From Lytechinus pictus (taxonomy: Eukaryota): a DNA stretch of 64,000 bases. This document shows positions 27,338-41,375 of this stretch, in pieces; within the stretch, counting starts at the first letter, position 1, and each line of letters begins with the position of its first letter. The translations under genes and the position numbers were made by a program. The notes below the pieces were generated by a model. It had not been told where the DNA came from. It was given only the letters and a program-made list of their open reading frames with translations, and made no database searches. The stretch spans positions 5,520,001 to 5,584,000 of the forward strand of contig NC_087250.1 in NCBI RefSeq assembly GCF_037042905.1, written 5' to 3'.

Positions 27338-28472
27338 CTGAAAGAGATACAAGAACAGATGACACAGACTAATAAAATTCCGACTTGAATGAACGGCATT
27401 CTAATAAATAATGGCATGACGTTTTCACGACTTTGAGGCCAGACTAGGTTACCACTGGTTCTCGCATCACTTCTTTCCACGTCGTGAAGTATGCTCGCCC
27501 GACTTATTGCTGCATAATTCGATCGCCCGCACACTCAGTCAACAACAGACTGTCCTACATTTCCTCTTGGAAACGAGAAAGGTCTGAAATCAGATAAATT
27601 CACAGGCACGGAATTCCCAATTTTCAATATATTTGAGGAAGTTCTCCAAATGGATTGAATGCCCTCGAAGTAAAAAAATGTTGTACTTTAACACCGTTTT
27701 ATTCATGTATAAGCTATCGCGGGTCTTATACCAAAAACTTATATGATTTTCTTTTTCATAAAACAAAATCTTACCCATTCCATAAACACAAGGGAAAATA
27801 ATGAATACAGAACTGAGCTATTTCAATTTACCTCTTTACGAAATCAGTTGATCATTAAAAATGGTATAAACGTTCGGAAATAAATTAATAACTCGAGTAA
27901 AGTTTTATGATTTTCAGGATTCAAGAGAAACCTCAAGAAATCTTTCCTGATGTCATACTTGCCGTAGTTCATTCAATTTTTGAAATATATTTTTACCATA
28001 TGGATGTATATATTCATATTGATTTTCAGTTTGAATTGTAAACATACATGTACATTTTGTTTACTTATACATATTATATGACGCAGTATGAACATGATGA
28101 ACCTATGCATTTCATTGTATGTATGATTTTATTATTCCCATCATGATTATGCATGTCTCATGTATCTACGGTCATTCATTATTTTATCTATTTTATGTTG
28201 AATTGTTAGCTTCTCGAGGTGCTATCCGTGTTATCACTTTTGTCATGTTTGTACATTCTCTATTGTAGCATCAAAAAATAAATAAATGATTTGAATTGAA
28301 TAGTGCATGTGCGTTTCATGATATATGGGAAAGCCGCTCAATTATGACGTCACGAAAGTCAGCCACGACAATGAATAGGGGTAAACTTTAGACATCCCAA
28401 GGTAATACCCTGCTTGGTTGATGCAGCGAAAAGCTGTATTACTTTAACAGAAACAAAAACAAATTAAAATAG

Positions 28473-29699
28473 AACTGGAATCGTATCAGAACGATGTGCA
28501 TGCATTGTGATTTAATAAAGGGCAAGAAACTGACAGGAGATACATAAATAAATGTATATAGATGAGTTACATTTTCAAAATATTAGAGGGCGCCATTTCT
28601 TAAAGTAATGGTCACTGATGCGTAAAATGCTGTTGGATTATGTTAAATGATACATTTGGCAAACCCTGAAAATATGAAACCAAAATACCAAAAAACAAGG
28701 AAGTTATGGCTATTTTACTATTTTCCGATTTTGCAATAGAGGGCGCTTTTTCTAAAGGTAATGGTCACTGATGCGTACAAAAACATTTGGCATTTGAGGG
28801 ATGATACCATAAGCAAACCCTGAAAATGTGACACCAAGATGAATGAAAACAAGGAAGTCCTGGCCATTTTACTATTTTCCGACTTTGCATAGAGGGCGCT
28901 ATTTCTAAAGGTAATCGTTACTGATGCGTAAAAAACATTTGGCATATGAGGAATGATACCATTAGCAAACCCTGAAATTTTGAGACCAAAATTAATGAAA
29001 ACAAGAAAGTTATGGCCATTTCACTATTTTCCAACTTTGCAATAGAGGGCGCTTTTTCTAAAGGCAATGGTCACTGATGCGAAAATATAATTCGATTATG
29101 AGTGAAAACAAGGAAATTATGTCCATTTTACTATTTCCAACGTTGTTATAGAGGGCGCTATTTCTCAAGATAATGGTTACTGATGCGTAAAAAACTAACT
29201 AGCATGTATAATATAATGCAATAAACAATTTATGTAAATATGAGATCGAAATGAATAAACACAAGAAAGTTAGGGCCATTTTACGATTTTCTGACTTTAC
29301 ATTTCAATAAATATCTAGTTTTAGAAGAAAGACAATTTCGGATTTAAATTTAGGGCATGAAGGGTGACGGAGCAACTCTTTGCCTATCTATAACAATTTG
29401 TTAGAAGTCTGTAGCATCCGGGATAACGGAGATATGAAATAATAAAGAATGGTATGCAAATGGACTTGAAATGGACAAAATGGCATCTGCACGGTCATGC
29501 ATGAGTGATTATAGAAAATGAAATAGGAGGTGCACAACAATCATGGGTCATGGACAAAATGTGTTCCAAATTTGGGAGAACCATGTGTTAAACGAATGGG
29601 ATTTTGTGGAAAAAGAAGCAGACAGAAAAGACGACGGAATAGGAATACAGAAGAACAACAAGGCATTGTCGCCATTGATAGCGTCAATGCAATAAAAAA
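28473..29699 (-). mobile_element. Probable second HINE/Helentron-like element with a ~153-bp internal tandem repeat
   Basis: About five copies of tagagggcgc(t)ttttctaaaggtaatggtcactgatgcgta; minus-strand start is a T-run plus hairpin (gcattgacgc...gcgacaatgc); small hairpin at the other end. Confidence 0.45.
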
Positions 29700-29797
29700 T
29701 ATATATAATTCTTTAATGGATTTCTTCAAACCTTCGCAAATATTGTTCTGCTTTTATTGAAACCAATTTATTGTCAAGGAGAACCTCTAAAGCATAC

Positions 29798-29980
29798 CTT
29801 CACAAGTTGATCCAAAACTATACAGCCAAGCCCCTGAAACACACACATTCTCTGGTGGCCCAATAAGACCTCCAGAACACACGATATCCACAAGTTCCCC
29901 ATTTAGGTAGCATTCCTTTACTGGATCATATGTGGTTTGGCCGTCACCTCCGATGGCAGGTAAAGTTTCGTAGCTGCACT
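29798..29980 (-). CDS. Sushi/CCP exon 1 (absent from ORF track), with a fifth Cys
   Basis: tttcgttacAG|...|GTatgc; 183 nt, phase 1-1; ECSYETLPAIGGDGQTTYDPVKECYLNGELVDIVCSGGLIGPPENVCVSGAWLYSFGSTCE. Confidence 0.85.
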
Positions 29981-30894
29981 CTGTAACGAAATGGACAAAA
30001 CATAATGGTCAAACATTGTCATGTGTGCGCGCGCAGGGGGGTTATAGGAGATAAGTTAATTCCTTTTCTAAAGATTGAGGAAAAATGATGAAAAGTGGTC
30101 CATGACTGCCACATAATAAACCATAATCAAGTAATGTGAAAGTAGTAACTAGATGGAATGGGCAGTCAGACTACACCAAATATAGGCAGGGGCCGAAGCA
30201 ACTTGTTCCTGTGACTGAAACAGAGTTTTCCCTTCACAGCTAGGGATGTCATCCCCAAAGAGAGCCTGGTCAGCTAGGAACCGAGCTAGACAAGCTGTTG
30301 TTAACCTTTAGTTCTAACCTCCTCTCTTTGAAGAAATCGTAATTTGGGTATTAAAAATGATGCCGCAGATGTCTCCCAGTGACGATGAGCGAAAGCATTA
30401 TATTACTGAATCGGTGTATGTTGTAACATAAATATGAAAGGCAATACTTGAAAATTAATGTAGTCATCCCTTTTGCGGCTCTTGCAAGAAGCTATACTGG
30501 GATGATGAATAAAACGAGCCACTGGAAGGAATGCCAGAAGTGCCATGAAGATAGACAAAGCGTTTGTATATACACTAAAACATGCTATGCAGAGTGCCAG
30601 AAGAAATTGATCTCTTTACTTTAAATTATTTGGGATCCAACTGAAGGAGAGCAGCCTTCTTGAAACTGGACATTCCTTTGGTGTTCACAGCTTAGCTGGG
30701 TAGGTTGTTCCAGTTCCTTATTGTTCTTGGATAGAAGGAGAACTTGAAGTGATCGATTTGTAGCTTTAAGTGTAATGTACTTCAAGTTGCGATCATGTCT
30801 TGTAAAACAAATGTTGCTGGGGTGACGAAAGGTGGATGAGTTTTGAAGACATGCTGGCAGTGGATTTTGTAAAAGAGGGAACATTGGGCAAGTA

Positions 30895-30971
30895 TTCTAC
30901 CGAGTGAAGAGTCTAGTGGTTAAGGCACCGGTGTTCATAGCTGGGGCCCGGGTTCGATTTCCGGCAGAGAC
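30895..30971 (+). pseudogene. tRNA-like sequence (tRNA pseudogene or SINE head)
   Basis: A-box TAGTGGTTAAGG and B-box GGTTCGATTTCC at tRNA spacing; imperfect acceptor and anticodon stems. Confidence 0.45.
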
Positions 30972-31859
30972 ATTTTTTCGGCATCGCCAATTTTTCCAAA
31001 GGACATATAGCTCTGGGGAACCTTGATTTAAGCTACGCCTACTATTGTTCTCTTCATTTATTTATTTCACAATATCCATAGAGGGATCGGTCAATACGCA
31101 ATCATGTGACAAAGTATCATTTCAATAGAAAAACACATCGCTCAAAATAGCTCCGTATATTTTTCGATATAGTTTCATGATGAGAACTGCGCACGCTCAT
31201 ACTCGATATGTTCTCTCAACGTTGAACTGCGCATAGTCCCTGATTTGATCGGATCCAGTACCGTATCGTTATCCGCGCTAAGAAATTTAAAAAAAAGACA
31301 AGCTCTCCCTCAAATTTCCTACCGATAATCTGAAAAGTTAGTGTGGAATTGGGTCTACATTATCATGCTCTAAATATAATTCCGTACGGCCATTCATGAA
31401 GGATTCATAATTGTGACTTATACCAAAGGGGTTAGTCGAGATCCGAAACTATAGAGTAAAGTTAGCCTTCACGTTTACAATTTACATCTAGAGTAAAACT
31501 ACAGTGGCCTGCTCAGGGCAGCGGACCTCTCATTAACCATGGAGCTATATAGCTCTATGCATTAACTGTGTCAGGTACAGGCTCCGCGCAGCCTCCCCGG
31601 GAACTGGTTAGCAGGAACTCAACAGGTCTAACGTTAGGACTAGGTCCGGCAACGTTATAATTGCTCGAGATTGGTTACACATCAGCAATGACTAGGTGAA
31701 CAAGTTAAAGAGGGATATAAAACAAATATATCAGGCGTTTCCTGCGAATGCATAGTGGGATTATCAATCCTCGGTTGGTCTGGCAATATAACTTTTTTTT
31801 TTCCTCTGGGAAAGTATAAATTGCCAGACCAACCTCTGATAAATAACTCCCACTAAGCG

Positions 31860-31894
<35 letters not shown>

Positions 31895-31930
31895 TATTGT
31901 AATTACGAGAAAAAAAAGAATAACACTTAC

Positions 31931-31957
31931 CATTGGGGCTACATTGTGAGGCAAATG
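31931..31957 (-). CDS. 27-nt micro-exon (AFASQCSPN), probable end of signal peptide and mature N-terminus of the Sushi gene
   Basis: Strong acceptor tttttttatctctgcAG, consensus donor GTaagt; phase 1-1 and in frame with the next Sushi exon. Confidence 0.65.
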
Positions 31958-32962
31958 CTGCAGAGATAAAAAAAAAAATTAAATTATTTATGTATACAAT
32001 CAGTTAATATTCATGCTTGGAAATTTTTATAATCGCCTTTGAAAACTAACTATTATTCGTCACATGCGGGACCTGTTGGAGAGAAGGCTGATTAAACGAT
32101 ACTCTCTATATTTTACGAAACTTAATTTTCATCTAATCAAAAGCGACCGTTCCAGCGTTTATAACGTAGGCCTGACTTTTCTTCCAACAAGCGCCTGGAT
32201 TTACTAGCTTATCACAGTCTTATAAAGCGTGTGTTTTGTTGAGAAACTAATAGGCCTTCGTTCTGCAGTATAGCTGCCACCGTAAAACTAACTTGGGACA
32301 TAATAATCTTGCAACGTACTAGCTTGCGATAAGCTAGTTTGCAAAAAATATTTAAATTTTAGATATTTAGATAATTTTAGATACAAAATTAGCTTACATC
32401 AAGCTCACAAAAAGGTTTAACCTGTGTTATAGCTCGTGTATTAGCTTGCATGAGAACAAGCTACTTTCTGCATGTAGGGCTAGATAGTGAAACGCTCGTT
32501 ATAGATTTTTTTAACATAGTTACAAGCTAATTTGAGCGAGCGAGGGTGTATTTCCACATTCCAATAACAAAAGTATATACAAGTGTAATACATTTTTTTC
32601 TCCCAGCATAACATAACAATAAGCAAATGACATCATAAATAACATACGCATACATACATTCTAACACTCTAATTGAAATATATTTACACATGATAAATTT
32701 ATTTTTTTAATTATTAAAACAAACAGCAGAAAAAATATATAAATACATATATCGAAATAATAAATTTTGAAATGTGAGAGACCTCCATTTAAGCTTAGAG
32801 CTTAAAATTGATAAAGGCCTCGAAAGGAAAAGGGAAGGAAAGCCAGACAAACAGTGAAATAAATCAGAGACACAAACGAAATATGAAATATGTATAGAAA
32901 AATAACATTCATGAACTCACTGTCATGAAGAAATATCTTCTTCGACATTATTTAGAGACCAG

Positions 32963-35900
32963 GGCCCGTATTCCATAAACGAGATAAGCATGCTTAAGTC
33001 AAACATCTAAGCATTTTGTCTTAGTTTTCTGTCTAAGACAAAATTCTTAGCCAAAACGCGTATTCCATAAAGAATTGGCTAAGAATTTTGTCTAAGAATT
33101 TGGCTAAGAATTTTTGCGCGACTAAGACAGATTTAGGATGAATGGCTAAGTAACTTTTCTTAAATATGCAGAGTCTGTATTTCATAAATTCTACATGGCT
33201 AAGAATTTTGCCCTAACTTTTAGACAGTGGTGAGTTGTCTTAATTGCTTTAAGACAACGTTTAAATCCAACAAATCATGGCCAATTTTTTTTTAGAATTC
33301 ATACCTATATTGCATTTCGAGCTACTTCCTCAGTTTTTAACCAATTTTCATGAAATTTGGAACACACATTGGTCTTAAGGTAAGGAGGTGTAAGAATTTT
33401 TTTTTTGCTTTTTCAGAAATTGTGTTGCCATGGTAACAGTATATTATGGCCAAAATTTAAAATTTAAATTACTTCATCGGTTTTCTACCAATTCTCATGA
33501 AAGTTGGCTCACACATTGGATTTGAGGAAAAGATGTGCAAGACACAATTTTGCATGTGTCGGAAATTGTGTTGCCATGGTAACAGTATATTATGGCAAAA
33601 ATTATGTATAAATCTTGCTATTCCAACTACTAGCTTCCTCAGTTTTTAACCAATTCTCCTGAAATGTGGCACAAACATTAGTCTTGATGTGAAGATGTGC
33701 AAAACATATTTTATGCCTATATACAAAAATTGCGTTGCCATGGTAACAACATATTAAATAACGAAAATTAGGTGAAAAATTTGTGGTTTTAACAAGTTTA
33801 CAATATTTCAACCACTTCTCATGATGTTTGCCACAGACATAAGTCTTGAGGTAAAGATGTGCAAGACACATTTTCGCATGTGTCGGAAATTGTGTTGCCA
33901 AGGTAACGGTATATTAGGGCAAAAATTATGTAAAAATCTTGCAGAATTTCCAACGACTTCTTCAGTTTTTAATCAATTCTCATGAAATGTGGCACAAACG
34001 TTAGTCTTGATGTAAAGATGTGCAAAGTATATTTTATGCCTTTATAAAAAATTGCGTTGCCATGGCAACAAATAAAATAACAAAAACTAGATGAAAATCT
34101 TGTAATTTGAATTACTTTATCAGTTTTCAACTGGTCAATTCTCCTAAAATGTTGGCGCACACAATAGTCTTGAGTTGAAGATGTCTAAGATATACTTTTG
34201 CCTGTATCAGAATTCGTGTTGCTATATGGTAACAACATATTATATAAAGAAATTAGGTGAAAATCTTGTGGTTTGAATCCGTTTATTAGTTTTACCAATT
34301 CTTATACAAGTTGGCTAACACATTGATTTTGAGGTGTAGATCTGCAAGACATATATTTGAAAATTTGTTGCCATGGTAACAGCATATCAGATCAATAAAT
34401 GTGTAAACAGCATGATGTGTATTGAACTACTTCTTCATTTTATGACATTGGCCTATATGTCCATGAAATGTAGGTTTTGAGCTAAAATAATCTGCAAGAC
34501 ACATTTTCTCATTCATCAAAATATGTGTTTGTATGATAACTACATGTATACGCCAAAAAAGATTAAGACAATGGTCAATGCTAACTTTTGTTTGGCTACA
34601 TAGAGAACTACATGTAGCTGAGGGCTTAGTTCTAGTTTTTTTTTTTTTTTTTTTTTTTTGGGGGGGGGGGGGCTAGACCTCAAGATTTCGAACTACAGCC
34701 CCTAGTTTAGATCTAAGCCTAGATCAAGATTCTTTAGTCCTAGAAATAACCCAATGCTAGATCCCTAGCCTACTTCCTTTCTCAGGCCTAACGTTAGATG
34801 AGAAGAACTAGACTAGATCTAGCCTACATTTACTATTTTTAGATCTAGAATCTACATTGAGATAGAGTCTACAAGTCTCTAGATCTACACCTATTACTAT
34901 GACCCTATGTACACCTAGATTGGTATAGTTCTAGATCTAGATAGGGTCTAACTTTTAGTCTAAGTGAGTAAGTCATTTAGTCTAGATCTAGGCCTAGGTT
35001 AGAGATTTCTAGATCAAACAGTAGACTAGATCAGCCAGTCCTAACGTTAGGGCTACCGGATAGGCTAGAAATAAAATCTAGAATGAATAGAAGAAAGCAC
35101 AGGCTAGGCCGCCTAGGCCCTAGATCTAAATTCTTATATAAATCTAGGCCCTAGTCTAGACTGAGCTGTTGCCAGTGTTGGTCTAGGTTTAGGCCTGTTT
35201 TCTAGTCCTGGAAACCTAGATCTAAACAAGTCCTCAAAATGTATAAAATAAAAACTCCAAACAAACAGATGGACCTAAAGCAGGAGTAGATCTAGATAGA
35301 TGTCTAGACTACTACTAGGACTAGATCTAACTTTAGGCATAGTTGGCAAGCAATGCATAGTGATATATCTAGCACTGTTGACAGGAATAACCGTCGTTTC
35401 TGGGGATTTATTTAAAAGTTTCTGACATTTACTGTCATATCACATTGGTGAGTCTAGGCCAACGTAACGTTAGACTGTTTAGTGTCGTACTCGTAATACT
35501 AAAATAGCGGAACAACCAAAATACAGTCGGAGACTGAAGCTTTTGGTCTAGGCCTAAGTCAGATCTATATTTCTACATTTCTAGACCTACATGTAAATCT
35601 AGATAGATCTATCCCTGTCTTAAGGCTAAGCCAGGCTAAGTCCTGCATGTTCTAGGCCTAGACCAATACTAATATAGGTCTATCGTTAGATCTAGGCCTA
35701 GTATGTAGCTTCAGTCTCAGTTGCTCCACTACGGCACTAGACTAACAAAGTTACGTTTTGCTTCAGCCTTCAGGAAAGTAAAAAGTAAAAACAATGTTCA
35801 ATTCTCCTCCAAACAGACGGATATTAGTTGTAGATCTTGGGCCTAGGCTAGATCTAGGCCTAATGTTAGACCCAAGACTTGTCTCAAATGTTACAAATGT

Positions 35901-36414
35901 TTTCCCTTAGACCCTAGGTCTACTTCAACTGAAGTAGAATAAAGATGTCGAGAGGAATCTACCCTATCCCATTTAGATTTTGACAAACAATACATGAAAA
36001 GTAATGAATGGGACTGATACATAAAAAACTGTGCAAGTCACTCGGTTTGGGATTGAAATGTTTTGGTAATTAACAAAATATAGAATAATCTGAATAAAGA
36101 ATTCTTACCATATATGGGTGATGAATGCTCTTCTTTTACTACAATAGTTGTAATTAGTTTCAATAAAATCAAACTTGTTAAGAAAAAACAACTTCAATGA
36201 CATTTTTGCTATTTTGTTGCAGTCACCCCTGCAGCAGTTTAGAAGGTCATAGAATTTGACTTTGAGACTTTGGCTTAGCCATATCGTCTGACTTGAGACA
36301 AATGTCTTAAAGTTTATAGAATATCGTTAGGGAAGATTTCTTAGACAAGCAAAATGCTAAGACAAATTGCTAAGACTTAAGCAAAAAGCTTATCTCGTTT
36401 ATGGAATACGGGCC
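32963..36414. mobile_element. Non-autonomous PIF/Harbinger-type transposon 1
   Basis: TIR GGCCCGTATTCCATAAACGAGATAAGC / GCTTATCTCGTTTATGGAATACGGGCC; 3-bp TSD CAG; no transposase ORF. Confidence 0.8.
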
Positions 36415-36570
36415 CAGGTGTTCATGCTTTGAATGTCAAGAGACATTTAATTTTTTTGATGTAAAAAAAAAATCCCCAAAGTCGCATCTCAAGTAAGGCA
36501 TGACTGTAATGAATATGATAAATTATGTCCATGACATCATACTGTAATCCAATGTAAGTTGCATTAAACC

Positions 36571-36607
<37 letters not shown>

Positions 36608-37645
36608 CATATTAGATTTAATTCTCGTTGGTATTAATATTCTAAGGTATTGATGTAATTATTATATGTATTTTATGATATATTGTACTGCAGTTCTTCT
36701 AGATTTTGGTTTAACTCCCGTCTGGGAAGCATTTCATGAACCTTTGTTAACCGAAACTTTATAAGATTTGATATTCGTTGGTTTTGATTGGCGTAGAGGC
36801 ACAATCGATCCACCATTATTATAGTAACTGTCGGATAAATCAGACAAGCCCTTTCATGAAACACTCATCAGGATTCATTCATTTTGGAGCTATTATTGGG
36901 TAGTTATTGTGGTCATTCTATGAAAGCCAGTGGCTTACAGATGGAGGAGGGCTTGAGGGCGCTTTCCCTACCCCCCCCCTCCAAAAAACACGACTATGCC
37001 AAAAGGAGAACACCACAGAAAAGGAAAGAGAGAAAGTTGAAGTATGATATTATTTTCTCAATATTAAGTCAGAATCTATCACAAATTGGAAATCTGTAAT
37101 GAAAATGTTGAAATCTTTGCTTGCTCGCTTTGCTTTCTCAAAACTTTTTAAATAAATTTGCCCGATGCGTCATATCTAGCACCCTCACAATGTAAGGGTC
37201 ATTACGCTACTGATGAAAGCAGTTTATAATAATAATAATAATAATAATAATAATGGTATTTTATTCAAAGACTGTTCGCAAGCAAGAGCTGAATTGTACA
37301 GAACTTTTACATAAAAACACAACATAAAACATAACAGTATCAAAATAGAATTATAAAAATATACAAAGCATGAAAAAATGAACTATCATTAATACTTTGG
37401 GGGTTAATATGAATCAACAGAATATTTTCAAATATAAGCAATTGCAGAGGTTTCAAAATGTGCTTAAGATATAGTACATGTATACGAGAAAGCGGATTGG
37501 AAGGATTTATGATGTAGGTGAATTGGATTGGATAAATTTGACTTGAGGATATCGAGATTTTGAATTAGTGACGTATTTAGAGTATAAGGAGAAATGGAAG
37601 TGGGTAACAAGGGGTAAATAATTAGAATAAAAATTTATATACAGA

Positions 37646-40600
37646 GGCCCGTATTCTGATAGCAGGTTTAATTTAACCCTAGTCTAAAGTTAACCCTGGT
37701 TTAACTAAACCTCCTCTAAACCTCACCTCTGGTCTAAGTGTAGTTTAATTATTTTGGTATTCTGATAGCCAGGTTTAACTAAACCTGGGTTAAACCCAGG
37801 TTTAAAATTCTTTTGGGAAATAATAACCCTCTTTTAACCAACACTAGCACTTTTTTGGTAAATTACTGCTGCAGGGATGACTGCAACAAAGTTGAAAAAA
37901 TGTCACTAAAGTTGTTTTTTCTTAAAAATTTGGATTTTTATGGAAACTAATTACAACTATTGTAGTGAAAGAAAAGCATCCATCATCCATATATGGTAAG
38001 AAATTTCCATTCACTTTATCTTAATTTTTTTTAATTACTAAAACATTTCAACCCCAAACCGAGTGATATGCACAGTTTTGTGTGTATCAGTCCCATTTAT
38101 TGCTTTTCATGTTTTTCAAAATCTAAATTGACTAGATTCCCCTCACCCACTCTAGACTAGAGTCTAGACTCTAGTCCTAGATCTAAAACAATAAGTTAAA
38201 TGGTCGACATCTTTATTCTAACTTTAAGTAAGGGAATTGTTTTTGTAACTTTTGAGAGTAGTCTTGGGTCTAACATTAGGCCTATAGTTAGATCTAGCCT
38301 AGGTCAATTGTTTGGAGGAGAATTGAACATTGTTTTGACTTTTTTACTTTCCTGAAGCAAAACGTACCGTAGTTTATTTTATTTAGTGGAGCAACCAAGA
38401 CTGAAGCTACATATTGGTCTAGGCTAAGAACAACATTCAGGACTTCGGCTGGCTTAGCCTTGGGACAGGGATAGATATAGATTGCTTTTCTAACCTTAGA
38501 TCTAGTGGAATAGATCTGATTTGTCTTACATAGACAAAAAGCTTTGAACAGTCTCTGCATTGGTTGTTCCGCTGAACTATGACAGTCTACGTTGGCCTCT
38601 CTCACCAAGGCAATGTGATGTGACAGTAAAATGTCAGAATTTTTAAAATAAATCCCGTTAGATCTGACTATCGCTGCATTGCTTGCCAAGTAACTAGGCC
38701 TGGCAAAATTTAGAATTAGTCCTAGACATCTCTCTACTCCTGTTTTAGGTCCATATCTGTTTCTTTGAAGTTTTTTTTATTTAAACATTTTTGGGGACTC
38801 GATTATTTAGGTTTCCAGGTCCAGGACTAGAAAACAGGCCTCAACCTAGACCAACGGCTCAGTCTTGACTAGACTAGGCCTGACCTAGATTTATGTAAGA
38901 ATTTAGATCTAGGCCTAACGTTAGTCTGTGATATCTATTCATTCTAGATTCTATTTCTAGCCTAGCCGGTAGCCCTAACGTTAGGACTGGCTGATCTAGT
39001 CTAGCCTACTGTATGATCTAGAATCTCTAACGCTGGCCTAGGCTAGATCTAGACTAAATAACTTAGACTAAAAGTTAGACCCTATCTAGACCTAGAACTA
39101 GATCTATATCAATCTAGGTCTACATGTAATAGGTCTAGATCTAGAGATTTGTAGACTCTCAACATGCTCAATGTAGATTCCTAAATCAAAAAAATAGTAA
39201 ATGTAGGCTAGTCTACAGTAGATCTTAACGTTACTCATCTAACGTTAGGCTTTTAAAGGAAGTAACGTTAGGCTAGAGATCTAACGTTGGATTATTTATA
39301 TTGCTAGATCTAAAGGATCTAGATCTACATGTAGGCCTAGATCTAAAGCTAGGGACTGTAGTTCGAGATCTAGAGGTCTAGCACCCCCACCCCCTTAAAA
39401 CTAGAACTAAGCCTACAGCTACATGTAGTTCTCTGTGTAGCCAAACAAAAGTTAGCATTGACCATTGTCTTAATCTTATTTTGGTGTGTGTAGTTACCAT
39501 ACAAACACATATTGTGATGAATGAGAAAATGTGTCTTGCAGATTAGTTTACCTCAGTCAAAACCTACATGTATGTGTTCTAAATTTCGTGAGCATAGGCC
39601 TATGTCATAAAATGAAGTAGTTCAATCCATTAGATGTATTTACACATAATATGCTGTCACCATGGCAACACAGTTTCCAACACACACAAATATATGTCTT
39701 GCAGATCTATACCTCAAAACCAATGTGTGAGACAACTTTTATAAGAATTGGTTGAAAACTAATGGCGGAGTTCAGATTTTCACCTAATTTCTTTATGTAA
39801 TATGTTGTTACCATGGCACATCTTCAACTCAAGACTAATGTGTGGGCCAATTTTTATGAGCATTGGTTGAAAAAAGATGAAGGAGTTCGAACTACAAAAT
39901 TTTCACCTTATTTTCGTTATTTAATATGTTGTTGCCATGGCAACATAATTTCTGATACAGGCAAAAATATGTCTTAGACATCTTCACCTCAACATTAATG
40001 TATGTGCCAATTTTTAAAGAGAATCGACCAGTTGGAAATTGATAAAGTAGTTCAAATCACTAGATTTTCATCTAACTTTGATATTTGATTTGTTACCATG
40101 GCAACTTGATTTTTTTATTAAGTCATAAAATATATTTTGCACATCTTCACATCAAGACTAATGTTTGTGCCACATTTCATGATTATTGGTTAAAACTGAG
40201 AAAATAGTTGGAATTGCAAGATTTTAAATAGTTTTTGCCATAATATACCGTTACCATGGCAACACAATTTCCGACACATGCAAAAATGCGTCTTGCAAAT
40301 CTTCACCTCAAGACTTATGTATGTGCCAAATATCATGAGAAATGGTTTAAAAATTATAAAGTAATTAATACCACAATTTTTTCACCTAATTTTCGATATT
40401 TAATATGTTGTTATCATGGCAACGCAATTATATACTTTAGGCATAGAATATGTTTTGCACATCTTCACAATAAGACTAATGTATGTGCCAAATTTCATGA
40501 GAATTCGTTAAAAACTGAGGAAGTAGTTGGAACAGCAAGATTTATACATAGTTTTTGCCATAATATACCGTTACCATGGCAACACAATTTCCGACACATG

Positions 40601-41074
40601 AAAAAATGTGTCTTGCACATCTTTACCTCAAAACCAATGTGTGAGCCAACTTTCTTGAGAATTGGTAGAAAAGTGATGAAAGTAATTAAAACGGCAAAAT
40701 TTTGGCCATAATATACTGTTACCATGGCAACACAATTTCCAAAAAAGGGGGAAAAAATTCTTACACCTCCTTACCTTGAGACCAATGTGTGTTCCAAATA
40801 TCATGAAAATCGGTTACAAACTGAGGAAGTAGCTTGTAATGCAATATAGGCATAAATTCTAAAAAATTGTTGGCCATGATTTGTTGGATTTAAACCAGGC
40901 TCAAACTACCCCCTGCGCGAGTTTAACTTTTTGAGGATTTATTACCACACTTAGACCAGGGTTAACTTAAACCTTGCTATCGGAATACGAAACTTAAACC
41001 TAGGTTTAAATATGGCAGTTTATTACCACACTTAGACTAGGGTTAAGTTAAACCACGCTATCAGAATACGGGCC
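37646..41074. mobile_element. Non-autonomous PIF/Harbinger-type transposon 2
   Basis: TIR GGCCCGTATTCTGATAGC / GCTATCAGAATACGGGCC; 3-bp TSD AGA; interior is an inverted homologue of element 1. Confidence 0.8.
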
Positions 41075-41256
41075 AGAGAGTTTTGTATACTTATTTCGTT
41101 CTACTGAAACATTACAGATAGTCGCTGATTATTCTAATTCTATAATAATAATAAAAAGTCACATTGCATGGTGAGATAGAGAAATAATTGGAAAGAATGA
41201 TGGACGAGGGAAAGAGAGAGAGAGAGATAAAGAAATGGAGGGTGAGATAGAAAAGG

Positions 41257-41288
<32 letters not shown>

Positions 41289-41375
41289 AGATATGAAAAA
41301 AAAAGATTGAGGAAGAGGTCATAATACAGATCATAACAAACAGATTGTCTTTTTATCTAGCATTCATGGATTCTC

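Noticed and set aside
30895..30971. Functional tRNA gene
   Set aside because: The A and B boxes are present but the acceptor, D and anticodon arms are imperfect; kept only as tRNA-like
40256..40711. 151-aa ORF (and 33602-33901) as protein-coding genes
   Set aside because: These are translations of the ~155-bp tandem units inside non-autonomous elements, with no recognisable domain
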